From positions 462,851-526,850 of the forward strand of contig MNCI01000273.1 in NCBI GenBank assembly GCA_015680685.1: a DNA stretch of 64,000 nucleotides. The letters run 5' to 3'. A program made the position numbers and the translations under genes. Source of the stretch: Gnetum montanum. Lineage: Eukaryota > Plantae > Gnetophyta. The notes beneath the pieces were generated by a model. The model was not told the origin of the DNA and ran no database searches. It was given only the letters and a program-made list of their open reading frames with translations. Positions 27,546 through 40,800 of this stretch are shown here, in pieces (positions within the stretch are counted from its first letter, which is position 1; every line of letters begins with the position of its first letter).

Positions 27546-28169
27546 CATCTTTTGCATAAGCAATGTTGTAACTAGACTATAGGATTATGGCTTAAAAGGG
27601 AGACAAAGAAGTAACGTGGGATAAGCACTCTTGGCATAGTAGAACAAACTCAAATATTTTCTACTGTATTTTTAATGTAAAGCATATTTAATATTAAGGA
27701 AAATATATGCTAAATATTTTCTTAAATTTTGATCCACTTTCTAGATTTCAAACAACTACAAGTACCTCGACGCATCTCGAATCAAAGAACACTTTCATCT
27801 AGACAGTCATCAATTGGTTCATCTGCTATAGCTATGGGAAAGACCTGTGTGTTCCAGTTACACTTAGCATTAGTAATTTTTGCAAGGAAGTTTTTCCTTT
27901 TTATTATGCAAAGTCACCATTGGAATTCTCTCTATCCTTAATTGAGAGCTCTTTACCTCATCTAATTCTATGTCAATCTATTTTGTAATAAGCCAGTCTG
28001 TGCGAACATTTGGTTGGGGTTTCCTCCTTTAATACTCGTTTATTTCTAAGGTATTTCCTGAGTGTCATTCACGATGCTCCCAGTTTTCCCTTTCCTTTAA
28101 CCCTATGACTTATTCAATTTGTTGTAATTGATGTACCTTTAATTTCAATAAAAATTCTTTTTGGGGTCN

Positions 28170-28430
28170 CCCCAAAGAACACTTTATTGGACTTTTCTAT
28201 GAATCAAATGTTTTTTACGCATATCCTAAATATCCTGAAAAAAAATTATAGGAAGCACATATTTTTATTTTATTTTACTTGGGTCAATATGCGGCAAGCA
28301 CCTAGACGCATCTTGTGCCAAAGAACACTTTATTGGACCCTTCTATGAATCAATTTTTTTTTACACATATTCTAAATATTCTAATAAAAATTTGTATCGG
28401 AAGCACATATTTTTCTTTTGTTTTGCTTGA
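28170..28430. repeat. Local direct repeat (~110-bp core, 2 copies; partial third near 27765-27800)
   Basis: CCAAAGAACACTTTATTGGACYYTTCTATGAATCAA...GGAAGCACATATTTT occurs at ~28172 and ~28318. Confidence 0.85.
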
Positions 28431-28875
28431 CTCGATTGTCCATATCGAGTAACTGACCAGTTCAGCCGTTGCAAGAAATCTTGATTAACATCCTATATGA
28501 GTTAAACTAGCTGCATATTATTGGTCTTTTCCACGATTGTTTTATCCTTCAATAGCTTTATCTATCATTGTTCACTAGAAGCAACTAGTCATAGCATTAA
28601 TAATGATAATTTTACTTCTTGAGGACTCTTATTTCAATGTAATGGGGACTTGAGAGCTTCTATCTTCTATTTCAAATGTTGTATTTTGGAGAGTTAATAA
28701 AAGGAAGGATGCTTTAACTTTAAAGCTTTACCATTTTCTTCATGGCCTTTCACTAACTTTTGAGGTGAGCCAAAATAAAATAATATTCTTTAAAGAAAAG
28801 TAAAATTAATGAAGTATAACCTCATCATCACCATAATAATTACGATTTTTTTAAGAAGTATGAATTTATATGAAG

Positions 28876-29090
28876 CATACTTTACTTAGTTAGAGCATGG
28901 TGCTTGTGGTTTGAGAATCACAAGTTTGATACCCTTTGATCCCAAAGGGTATGTTGAGACATGTATCACTTGTGAGAATAATGACATCAAGTGAATAGTC
29001 CTCTAGAAGGTTAGTGACTTGGGGCTACAAATGAGTCTATAGTCATTAGCACCAGTAGTGAACTAAGTAAATGGAAAAATAATAAAAGAC
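28876..29090 (+). mobile_element. tRNA-derived SINE-like element or tRNA pseudogene
   Basis: GTTAGAGCATGGTGCT...ATCACAAGTTTGATACC resembles a tRNA-Ile-like D-arm and a decayed B box (GGTTCGA). A-rich tract at ~29069-29089. Confidence 0.45.
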
Positions 29091-29569
29091 CTGCAAGCAC
29101 CAATAATAATTTGAGTACTTATGTCAACAATATTATGCTTACACTAAGTGTGGACGTATCAATTGCCACAAGAGTTATGTGACTATGTGCTATGGGATAG
29201 AGATTCCTTTGGGCACTGGTTGCAATGTGTATGTGTATGTTTCCAGGTGATGAAATGCTAGAGTGTGATTGGGTCCTAGTTTTGCATGCATGAAAATTTG
29301 GTATTTAATGTTTGAATATGATTTGCTATTGAGATGGGCTATGTAATTGTGTAATTTGGACAGTCATGCTTATTTGGTATTGTAATGGACTCATGATATA
29401 TGATTATAGTCTTTTAAACAATGCTTCCTATGTTGTTATAACTATGTAATATGATGTAATATATATATATGCATGAGATGCATTGATCTTGTTGTAGGTT
29501 ACTCAACTTATTCACATCTCTTCAATGTGATATTAAACTTTCCATCCATAGGAGATGTGTAAAGGCTTC

Positions 29570-29868
29570 TGATGAGTCGTGAATTGGCCACGTCAACGAG
29601 GCCTTGTTGACTAGGTCTCATCAATGTATCGTTTGATGGATTGACATGGCCCTATTGATGCAAGGCCTATTGTTGCTTATAAATATGTGCCAACCCACCA
29701 TGTTTAGGGGATATCTTGTCATAGTTGTATCAAAGCTCTTATAGTTTTTACATTCAAAAGTTACAATATTTTCCTGAGTGCCCACAACTAGAGTCATTGA
29801 ATGTATGGATCTTTATTTGAGCACTATTGGACCTGAGCATGACACTATGTGCAACAATAAAGACAAAC
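29570..29868 (+). repeat. Truncated LTR (U3-R part) of the A/B Athila-like superfamily
   Basis: Starts TGATGAG and has TATAAATA at ~29678. Then matches the B LTR blocks 'GATCTTTATTTGAGCACTATTG' and 'AATAAAGACAA'. Confidence 0.8.
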
Positions 29869-31949
29869 ACACTAGAAGTCTTCGAATCTAAGTGCCCAAA
29901 GAGATGTCACTAATTGAAAGAGTGATGCCACAAACCCAAGGGCAACACAACCAGCTCAAACAAGGGAGAAAAACTCACAAAAGATCAGCAAAAATGGTAA
30001 TCATGCCTCATGCACAAGAGGTTTTCAAACTAAGACAATAAACATTTGGCTTTGGGATGGCACAAACAACCTCAAAATGCATCCTCAACAATCCCAACAA
30101 CAATTCATCATACCGTGTAGAACACAAAGCCTTGCATTACAAACGATAGACATGATGAAGGTAACATGCATGCATAATTTAAAAGCATAACCAAGAAGAC
30201 ATGCATACAAAAATAGACAGACATACAATCGCAAGAAAAAATGTATGAAGTCTACTAGCAACAGTCTTAATCCACCCTGAACAAGGCTCACCAAAAGCAC
30301 ATGTCTGAAGGCCCTCCATCCTAAGTTACCTAGGAACTAACATGTCCCAATTTGTAATTCCCATACTCACTATATCTAGGGTGAGTGGGAGTGCAAGGAT
30401 ATCACATCCTACACAATTCAATCAATGCCATCTTGATACATGTTATCTAGGTGGAAACCGAAGCGGAGACTAGGTTTGATTCATCCCAAATGAATCACTA
30501 CAGACCAGAGATGAGAGATCCTTGAGCAAAAATAGTTTACGAGTTGTCAATAGAACTATCCCCTACCATATCAAATACAATCACAACCAATCCAACCACA
30601 AGTAAACAAGTGGAGAACAATACCACAACACAATCATATACATCCTCAAGAAGAATAACATACATCAGTTTCTCACAACATAACATCAATGCCCTCATGA
30701 AGAGTGTAAAAGCATTACCATAAGGTAACTCTTCAAAGAATACATAAGGATATGATCCTAGATCACCTAGGTATCAATCCGAAGGGACCATTAATAGAAC
30801 AACCTCAATGGAGTAACACAATCAAAGAGCACATGAATATTGCAGCACGATTTCAAAAATGCTCTAATATCATCTGTAACAATGTTGTCCCATCATTGTC
30901 CAACACCCCAAGGAATTCACTAAGATCCAATGGATCTAGGGAAAAGACCTAGGGAATACACCTCAAGCAAGCAAGCAACCCAAGAGTGAGTGCTTGCAAC
31001 AATACAACTTCTTAATATGTGTATGGAAACACACCTCAAGGAGGATAACTAATTTCAAACAAGGACCATGCAAAAAAGCACACAAGCAACCCTGTAGACA
31101 ACATCGATGGAAGAGGAAACAATGCATCTACAAAGGGTGGTGCCTCACCCCCAAATCCCTCATGATCTAGTGCAAGGTGTGGCTTGGCATTACACTAGAA
31201 CTATCCAATCCTAGCTACCTACATATCTATGACCACCATAAAATCAGGGCCATGTAGTTCTCCAAGTAAGGGTAGTATGAAGAGAATTGAGAGAGAGTTG
31301 CAATAGGAGGATATCCTACTACTGACTTGGTATCGCCAAGCTGGGATGGATTTTCTAACACTTGAGAGTCACTTTAGTGCATCTCAAAGTGTTTCATGGC
31401 CCCCAAACCATAGTGAGAGCCCAGGAGAACGACCATCCTAGGACATCTTTCACATAAAGTAACAAATAAAAAGTGCACAAACTAAAAAAGAAAGAGGAGG
31501 TACATAAAACATTATTAGGAAAAAACATTAAAACAAGGTGAACACTACAAACAAGATTTCTCATTCATCTCAATATGCCAAAAAAAATGAAACGGATCAA
31601 ATGTGTTACAATCCAACGGAAAGAGGGGGTTAGTATTCTGGAATTTGCACTAAATCAAGATCTCATCTGCATCCATTTGTAGAACCTTAAAGGAAAGAAA
31701 ACCTTGAGAAATAGTCTCATGACATGTATTCATCAAAGAAAATTAAGCATGTCATAGACCTAATAGTTTGACCAAGCATGGGAAATCAACCTGCAAAATG
31801 CCATTATCATATGACCATTGTTTGCAAAAAACCCATAATCTTTCTCAACAAAATGTTGTCCACTCATATATTTTTTGGGGTATTTGCTGTTACAAATTCA
31901 AATTTGAAAAATTAGGATTTTCTTGGTTCACATGACACCAAAGCCTTAG

Positions 31950-34230
31950 CTTTTAATTTTATGCTACATTTCTTAGTAGAGTCTCAATACCTATCCCATC
32001 ATGGATATGTTGGAGGTTGTAAGCATTGTCATAGTTTCCAGGAGTCTCCCATAGCACCTACAGAAACAAAGCTAGGCTATCTTTACAACTCCTACGTCAA
32101 CCATACTCTATGACTACACCAAGAATAACATTGATGGAACTTTTCTGCCTTGTACAAATCATTGCCACTTTCAAATATCCCTTCAACAATGCTACATATG
32201 TGAGTAGTGCACAAAAGATGAGATTCGTGGCATCAAAAGCAGGATGAACAAATGGCAATAGTAGGTATTTACAAATGTCGAGCTCTAGGTAGGAAATATA
32301 AATGGTGGATGTGTGCATGGCCACAAACCTAAAGACGTTAAAGGCAGGAGTGGCGCCAACACTAAGAGTTGCAACATCATTGACATTGCCAATGAAGGAG
32401 CATAATGAGACAAGCTACAAACCCTCATGTCCATACCATGTGGCAAAAAATGAACCCTTGTTCTTGTAGCAAACTAGAGAAAATCATGTTCCATCTTTGG
32501 AATTAAAGTTTGGGTTGGAACATAATATAAAAAAGTGTATATATTATTATGGTGGGCACAAAGTTATAATATAAAAAAAGGAAATACATGTGCACATGGA
32601 AAGGTTACAATTTAGAAAAGGAAAATCTATAAACCTTTTTTTAGGTTAAATTTCCCATGAAGGTTATATAGAAGCATAACTAAATCTCATAAATGTTTGC
32701 ATCTAACATGACACTTGTCAAACTATAACAAAAATTTATCATAACTTCCTATGGAAGTTACAACTTTTTATAGAGGTTATGATATAATTCCCTAGATATT
32801 TGTTTCTTACGTTAATATTTTATGATGGTTGTAACTACCCAAAACCACTATAAAAAGCCTTAAAGGGTAGAGATTAAGAGGGGGATTCTGAAAAGAAACT
32901 TTGAAGAATATTGACGATTTCTTGTAAAGCATGGCTTGCTAAAGATATCAATTTAGCTTATTTTTTTTAATCATGTGAGTTCATTTCTTATAGTTTTGTT
33001 TTAGTTACTTGGCTAATGGTCTAGATAGTATCGTGCATTGCATTTAATTTTGGGATTTTTCTAGGTTGCCTTTATAGCTCTATGTTTGTGCAATATTAGA
33101 CTCCTATTAAGGTTTGGAAAATAAGAGCTTATGTTGTATTAGAAAAACATCTTGAGCAATTTAATAGTGATTTCTTATAGAAATTTCCTATTTGAGTTTA
33201 GGGAATCTAGAAAATATTTGATGTTTTGAGATGACTAAAGTAGCTTCTTTATTTATAAAGTTGATTACCTTAATATTGTAATTTTGAAATTGTCAAATTT
33301 TTCTAGAAGTTCTATTGTTTGCAATTCTTGACCAATTTTAACTAGCCAAACAGAAGCTTATACTTTGTGTTTTACAAATATTTTTGGTGGTTAAATAAGA
33401 GGGTCTTTTAAGAAATTGCTTATTGAGCTTAGAAGGTTTGGATAATTCATAAAAGATTGAATTGGAATAGCTTTATTGTGAAGTGTTCCCTCATGTCAAT
33501 TTATCTCCCTTAAATGTTTGAGATTCCACACAAATCTTCTTTCTTTTCTTTTCTCTTTCTAAAATCCATTGAATCTCCCTCTATTTATAGTTTTCTTGTG
33601 GAACCTTCTCTCTAGGGGAAATTAGAAGTGGATTGGTAGAATTATGCTCAAACATTTTTGTGAAATTTTATTTGTTACAAGTAATGTACTATAGGGACTA
33701 TATAGACTAAGTGACTTAACAAAATAGGAACCTTTAACAATTCATAGTATTTGACAAAGTTACCTAAATTTATTTTATGATAGCTAGTTACAATTTCATA
33801 CACAACTCAACCATTTCAACATTCACAACAACAAACACATACTCATTTTTGGTTCATTTCATAACCACTAAGTCTATTTGGAAGAAATTTGAGCCTTGGT
33901 ATTGCCAAAGACTAAAAAGAACCTAAACCGTATTTGAAGAACACCTTCATTTTCCATGACCATAGTCATGAGACCGAAGGCCCAACATTGTTGGTCCCAA
34001 ATGGTTGCCAACACCTTGATACCTCAATATTAGCCTTTTGGCAAAAATTCACCTTTAATATTTTTTCTATGATCAAGCATTTAAAATGGAGGATGCATTT
34101 TATAAATCCTTAATGGGATATTAGATGGTTGCCCCAACTCCTTCATTTCTTTTTCTTGACCTATGAGTTGGTTTTTCTTTTCAAAGTGCATTAGTCCAAA
34201 TACAAAGGATGACATCTAATTGAAATAAGA
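31950..34230 (-). pseudogene. LINE (L1-like) ORF2 C-terminal fragments, split by an insertion at ~32500-33700
   Basis: Minus strand ~34100-33930 reads 'IKVLATIWDQQCWAFGLMTMVMENEGVLQIRFR', a decayed V.W..I..PK..GGLG..D...N.ALL.KW motif. ~32330-32180 reads 'LPRARHL*IPTIAICSSCF*CHESHLL..TC', zf-RVT-like. Confidence 0.5.
32500..33700 (+). repeat. LTR-like insertion rich in AAGTTACAA-type motifs
   Basis: Repeated RGTTAYAA motifs precede CTATAAAAAG (~32848), the same layout as LTR 61545-62376. Termini not resolved. Confidence 0.35.
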
Positions 34231-35129
34231 TCAATATTGATAAAAAATAATGATATATTCAAATGCAATTTGAGATGGCTAAAATAATAAATATAAAATG
34301 ATTCAGACATCGATATGGAGGGAAATACTCTTATTATTTGATTGTTTTAAGCTTCAAATATACGTTAATGGAGTTTTTCTAGAATTCCTCATATTTGAGG
34401 AGAGCCCATACATGGAATAAATAGAAAAGCAAGGAGGTTCTTAGAAGAAACTCTAATGTGGTATTAAATGAGACCTTTAGAAGATAATTAGGTGGTGGTC
34501 AGTTGATGATTAGGTGATCCATCTTTCCTCTGTTTTTCAAATTCAAATCTTTTTTCTCTTTTTCAAATTCAAAATTATGTCATGTAACACATTACATCAA
34601 ACACGGTTCCAAATCTATGATTTAATGTAACATAAAGAAAATGTTTAACTTGTACAATGACGTGAACAATAAACTAAACATAAGCAAACCATGCATTAGG
34701 ATACAAAAGTATTATTAAAATTCAATGTTGGTGTTTTTTTTTTTTTTTGGCTACATTTAGGTAAGGATAGACTAAGAAATGTGAACTATTGCAAGCATAG
34801 ATCAAAGAAAATTGGCCCATTTCAAAGAAGGGCTAATGTAAATAATAATGCCTATGAACTCTAACTTCCTAATTATTTTTTGTATTTTTAATATTTTAGA
34901 TTTAAATTCATACAATAAGATGGTATTTACATCATAATTTGAGGATAATAAGAAATTTCCCAAGAATGCAATTAAAGATGCAACTTCAAGTATGTCTAGA
35001 AAGTCAATTGTTCTATAAGAAAGAGAGACTATTAGAATAAGAAAAGAAAAAGGAAAAAGAGCTTGATTCATTAGAGTACTAAAGAGTTTTAGAATGCAAG
35101 ATGAATTTTTGAAAATGATTTGGATATGT

Positions 35130-36015
35130 TGAAACTTGATGACATCTCAAATATAAAGCCCACTTATGTATAAGAATCTAAGAGTTAGAAAGATGATGAC
35201 GATCTCAACCCACCTATTTGATGTATCTTGTATCCTTAGTATCTTTAGAGTTATAAAAATCATGTGCCAGTGTTTAGATCTATTGTGTGAGTCATTTATA
35301 TGGTTTTTCATAGTTAGGTAGGTAACTGTAAGATTACTATGAGTCATAGGAGTTCACAATTTATCATTGCAAGTAGCTATAGATTGTGAACTCCTGAAAA
35401 AATCATAGCTTATATGTAATCTTTAGAAAATTGTGAGGATACTACAAATGTATAAGATCATACTCTCAAAATGCAAGCCACAATTAGAAAAATTCATATT
35501 GTAGTTCAAAGAGAAATAATGATTGAATGTTATTGGATATCAATAATGTCAAGGACTATGACTCATAGTCCCATTGCAGTTATGTTGTCACAAGTTGCTA
35601 CAACCGATAGGTGCTTACAGTCTAAGTAAAAATAAAACTTTTAAATAGTGCAAATTCTAAGGGAAAGATGAATAGTCCCTTAAGACTATAAAAGGATCAA
35701 ATGAGTCTTTAAAGTAGTTTTCCTACATGGATGTTATATTGGAAGCTCTTGTAAGGAAGAGAGTGTCTTAATTGTGGGGCCAATTATGATAGCTCATTTT
35801 GAGTACGATGATTGATGATTCTGAGAGTTAGAGATGATTGTATTTGCTCTTGTTCTAGTTCCTTGTTATGTGTTTGTCCTTCTAGTATTGTACTATGATT
35901 TTGGACATTGAATAATGAGGTTTTTCATTCTTTTTCATGCTTGATTCTCTTGTGATTAAATTATTGTTAGTTCCTAAGAGAATTTGAATTCTTATTGCTA
36001 GTGATCCTTATCACA
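35130..36015 (+). repeat. Possible solo LTR
   Basis: CTATAAAAGG at ~35687, a T/G-rich U5-like stretch and a CTTATCACA end at 36015. 5' end and TSD not found. Confidence 0.35.
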
Positions 36016-37867
36016 ATGCAAATTGTAGTTTAGTTGTGGATATTTAATGAAATTCATTTGCTATGTTTTTATACAAATCCACATTTTTATTTTTAGTTAG
36101 GTAACTATTCAATGTAATGTTGATTGGTGTTTGTGGTTGAAACTAATACTAAATCTTGATTGATCAGTTAATTAATATTAATAAATTTCAATCATTTAAA
36201 TGAAGGAATGGTAATATATCTTTTACATTAGCTTTATAATTTTATAAAGAACTATTCAAGATTATTAGAGGAGTATAGTTAATAATGATGAAGTCAAGAA
36301 TATTTCTTTATCCTATGAAAGATTCTAAAAGTGTAGAAATTTTTTAGAAGAATGGTAAATTAAGCTAAGTTGATTTTTGAAAGTCATATAATTTTTTTTT
36401 AAATGAGGCTCAAGCCAAGGATGGAAATGAGGTTAAAACTTATTTTACCAAGAAAATTTGGAAACTCTTGAATTCACTTAAAAGATCAAACCAATGAAAA
36501 TATTAAAGTTATACCACATGTGATTGTAGATTTGTAATTGTTGATCACTCTTATCCTATGTGTTTTAAGGCTATAATATAGATTTTTAAGGCTAAGGCTC
36601 TTATCAGTAAGTTATGAAGAAAAATCTCATTCTAAAAGATCAATATTATAAAGTTTTCAACCTTCTTGTACATGTAGAATTCTATGTAATATCCTAGTTC
36701 TGGAAACCTCTTTCCCTGTTGCCATGTCATATGACTTAATCCTTTGATGTCTTATGAATAGCCTATGTTTTGTATTTTTACCTTGAGCTTTGTGATGTGC
36801 CTTGCTTATGCTAGCATTTTTGTTAAATTTTTAGTATTAGCATATTGCATGATGGTGAACATATATGTTGTTCTAAGGATTAATTATTGTTATAAAGCAT
36901 ATGCACACTAACATTGTTGGAGTTTTGAACATATAGGTATCAAGTACTATATAGATCATTGGCATATGGGGTTCTACACTAGGCATGTGATGTGTATGAT
37001 TGTTCAAATGCTATGGTTGTTTATTTGATTAATTTTATATTTTTGTAGTGCATTGATGATAGAAATAGAAATGTACCTCAATGGTGTTCTTATTGGGATT
37101 TAAACCCAAGACCTTGCATAGCATATAACTCATATATCTTTCATGTTAACTGACAAAATAGTAATTTGAGATCTAAAATTGAGAATAGATTATCATTCCA
37201 AGATATCATAAGTTTTCTATCTTTCTAGGATATCATTTTCGATGTTTCTTTAGTTTGGAGGCTAATCTTATATTTAAACCTAGGATTAGATCCTAGATAG
37301 AAGATATTAGCCACATAACTTAAGTAGGTAAATTTAGTAGAATGCCTACCTATTCAAGTTTTAGCTTCTATGCTTTTATGTGCATGTTGACTTTTGGATG
37401 GCATACTATAGAGTGATTATTTTAGCTTATGAGTTTTGAATTCTAATATTAGATATAATTTTATGCTATTTTGATATTTTTCTATGCAAAGGTTCATTTT
37501 TTTTAATTAGTTCTACATATTAATCATTTTTATTATAGGCAAGCTAAACATTAGGATTCTAGTTTCTTCCTTTATTTAATTCTTTTTCAATCTATTTCCT
37601 CTTCCCTAGGGTTTACAAATTACAAATTTTCATTGTAGTTATCTTAGCATGAACTTTGCTATTTCTGGTAAACTTTGTGAATATGCTATAACTTTGGTAG
37701 TAACATTTTGAACAAGTCGTGATGTAGTCCATTCATCATAATTTTCTAATTGAAGTTACAAAAAAGGAAACCAAGTTATGAAAAACTTTACAATGCATAT
37801 AATGAGTTGGTCAACATGTGTAATGAGTGGGATAGATATGGAATGATTTAGTTTTTTCATCTAGGAC

Positions 37868-40800
37868 TATTAGGAATTAAGGTTCTTAGGATGAGAATAA
37901 CTAAGTCCAACTGATAGACTATTGCTATGTTGCATAAATATGTAAATTATGATAATGGGAACTTGTACAAACCATCATTATGATATTCCATAAAGAGAGG
38001 AAACATAGGTTGGTTCATAAACTATGATATAAATATATTGACTAATCATAAAATGAAATATGCAAAATAGAAATTTTTGTAGATCATAAATGCATCTAAT
38101 TATGTACATAGGCATTGGTATTATAGAGTTAGAAAATATAAGTATAATGTATAACAAAGATATAGAGATAGAAATATTAGTATTTAAAATAGAAAATAAC
38201 AACAGAGATCATAATGAACAACCATAAATAATACAACCAATGGTTATCATCTATATACCATATTATTGTACTCTATTCAATATATATGTAAAACTATATG
38301 ATGACTTTTCTTTAGTACATCTAGAACTAAGTGACACATCCTATCTAATTGGCATAATTCTTATTAAGTAATCATTAATAACTTGATTAGTCTCTCTATG
38401 TAATTTAATATAGTTACACATCTGAATATGCATAATACATGCTAAGGTTGATATTAACACATAAATCCTTAATACTTCCTCTCAAACTCAACATGACTAG
38501 ACTTTCAATAATACCATGATCTTACTTTATCTCTTAACTTATCTATCATTTATTAACCATGTTCTATTGAATTATATATAGGAAACAAAACTTCAATAAG
38601 GATATGATATATTTAACTTCTTTCTTTTAAACATCTATAGTTATGTTTAAATAAATTATTTTTACTTATATTAGGTATGAGGATGATGAAATAATTTCTA
38701 GTGTAAGAATACTTGTCATATTTTCCATTAGAATTATAACAATTGTGAATTATTGAAGAACAAATTTTTCTTCAAACAACTGAAGCTATTCATCAAGATC
38801 AAACTTAATATTTGATGATTCAGTACCCTTTATATTCTTTTCTTGGTTACATCTCAAAAATTTTAATAGTTCCTTGAAATGGAGAAAGTAGGAACTTAAA
38901 TAAAAAAATTTTAAGGGGTGTTCCTCTAGAGATATGAATAATACAAGAAACTAGTAAAAAAATCTTATTAAGGATAGACGAAAAAATGAATTTTTCAATG
39001 CACATAAACCATAAAAAATATAACATACTAGAAATGACTATCAACATTTATTTAGGAAGGTAAAATTTTATAATAGTATAAAACTCATGGAGTTATGAAT
39101 CATCTTCCACATTAGTTTCTTTTGTGATTTGTCTTGAGGAATCTTGTGATCCTTTCCTAATTATAATTACAAAATATTGAAGAATAGAGTAATATGAGGT
39201 ACAAGAGAAAGATGTAGAAATCGTCAACATTTCCTTTGTCAAGGTTACTTGCTCTAGTACAATTTTGTTTATGGTTAATGGAGGACTTAAAGTGACCACA
39301 TTATTTTCAATGAATTCATTAAGTATCTCATCAACATAATCATCAACTTCAACCATATTTTTTGATGGTTTAACTTGATAAAGTAGTGATGAGTGGCGAG
39401 GTACCCCTACACTCAACCATATGAATACAAGCGTTTCACATGCGATCCGGTCGAACTTCAAGGACTAAGTCCTTACATGCCTTAATGGAACTTCAAGGAT
39501 ACTGAGTGTACTTAACTAAGAGGATCGAAGGTTGAGAGAGATATTAATTAACTAGGAAAGCATTAAAAATTCAAAAATAATTAATTACTAATTAGCTTAA
39601 TCTGTATGTTGCAAGGCTTATCATAAATTTCATCTTTCTTGCCATACACAAATGTGTGCTCAAGTACAAATTGCACGAATAAAGATCCATTCACTCTATG
39701 ACTCCTACTGTGGGCACACAGAAATTATTCTAACTCTGGAATGACTAAACTACAAGAATCTGGCTAAGGGTCTAACTCTAACTATTCTAGAATAAAGGGT
39801 GCCACCTCTTATTTATAGAAGATGATGCAGGATGCGATATCACATGGCAGATGTGATATCGTGTATGTGATATCGCATACGTGATATCGCAACTCATCAA
39901 GTAGCTAATGGGTTCATTTCTTGGCCTTTAGAGAATTTTGTAAATCCCCCTTTTCTTTCTACAACTTCTCTTTTGCCTTGACCTCTATATCAAAATTTAA
40001 TTTTTAAATTAAAATATTCTATCATATATATTATTCTATACATAAATCCTTTTCTTTACTAGTGATTATAGAGTTTAGTATTATCTAGAAGTTTTTTGCT
40101 TGATCCTCTATGATCTGTAATCATACACTATAAATCATAGTGGTTGGTAGGTCTTTTACATTTTTGAGTAGCAATAGCTTATTCCTTGGTTTTTCCCCTT
40201 TTCTAGCATATCTACACTTATTCTTTTATGTTCATTAAAATATTATATGATATAGTGAACTTTTAGTCCTTGAAGTTCTAGGTCCTTCAATTTTTTGTTC
40301 AACTTATTAACCCGTTCCAAAGCATCATGCTAGGTTACCTAAGCCTTTTCTAGATCATCCTTTGCCTTTATATTTTTCATGTAGCATGTAATAGCATCAT
40401 TATCTTAGAAAATCATGGATTAGAGTACCTTATAATTTGTATAGGTAATAGTTAAACTTTGTGATAATCATGGATTAGAGTACCTTCTTTAGGACCTTAG
40501 ATACAAGATGCTTATCACTACACTCAATGATGCTCTTTCAATTAGAAAAGTTATAAATATATTCATTTAGAATATCTTTCTTGATAGTTGAGTTAAAAAC
40601 TCTATTGTCGTATCATATTTTAAAAACCTATTTTCTAGGACATGATGATGCATGATCAAACATATTATAATGCTTATTAATGATACTTACAATCTAATCA
40701 TGTCTGTTTTGTAACTATCATAATTCCAATTATTACTTCTACTTTCTTAGTCATGCCCTACTCTCCCAAGCTCACAATTATGATGGTGTATAGATTATTA

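Noticed and set aside
28876-28945. Functional tRNA gene
   Set aside because: The acceptor stem and boxes are decayed and no clean cloverleaf can be drawn.
29870-31620. Classification of this TE-like non-coding block
   Set aside because: It is CG-depleted and retroelement-like, but no termini or protein motifs could be identified.
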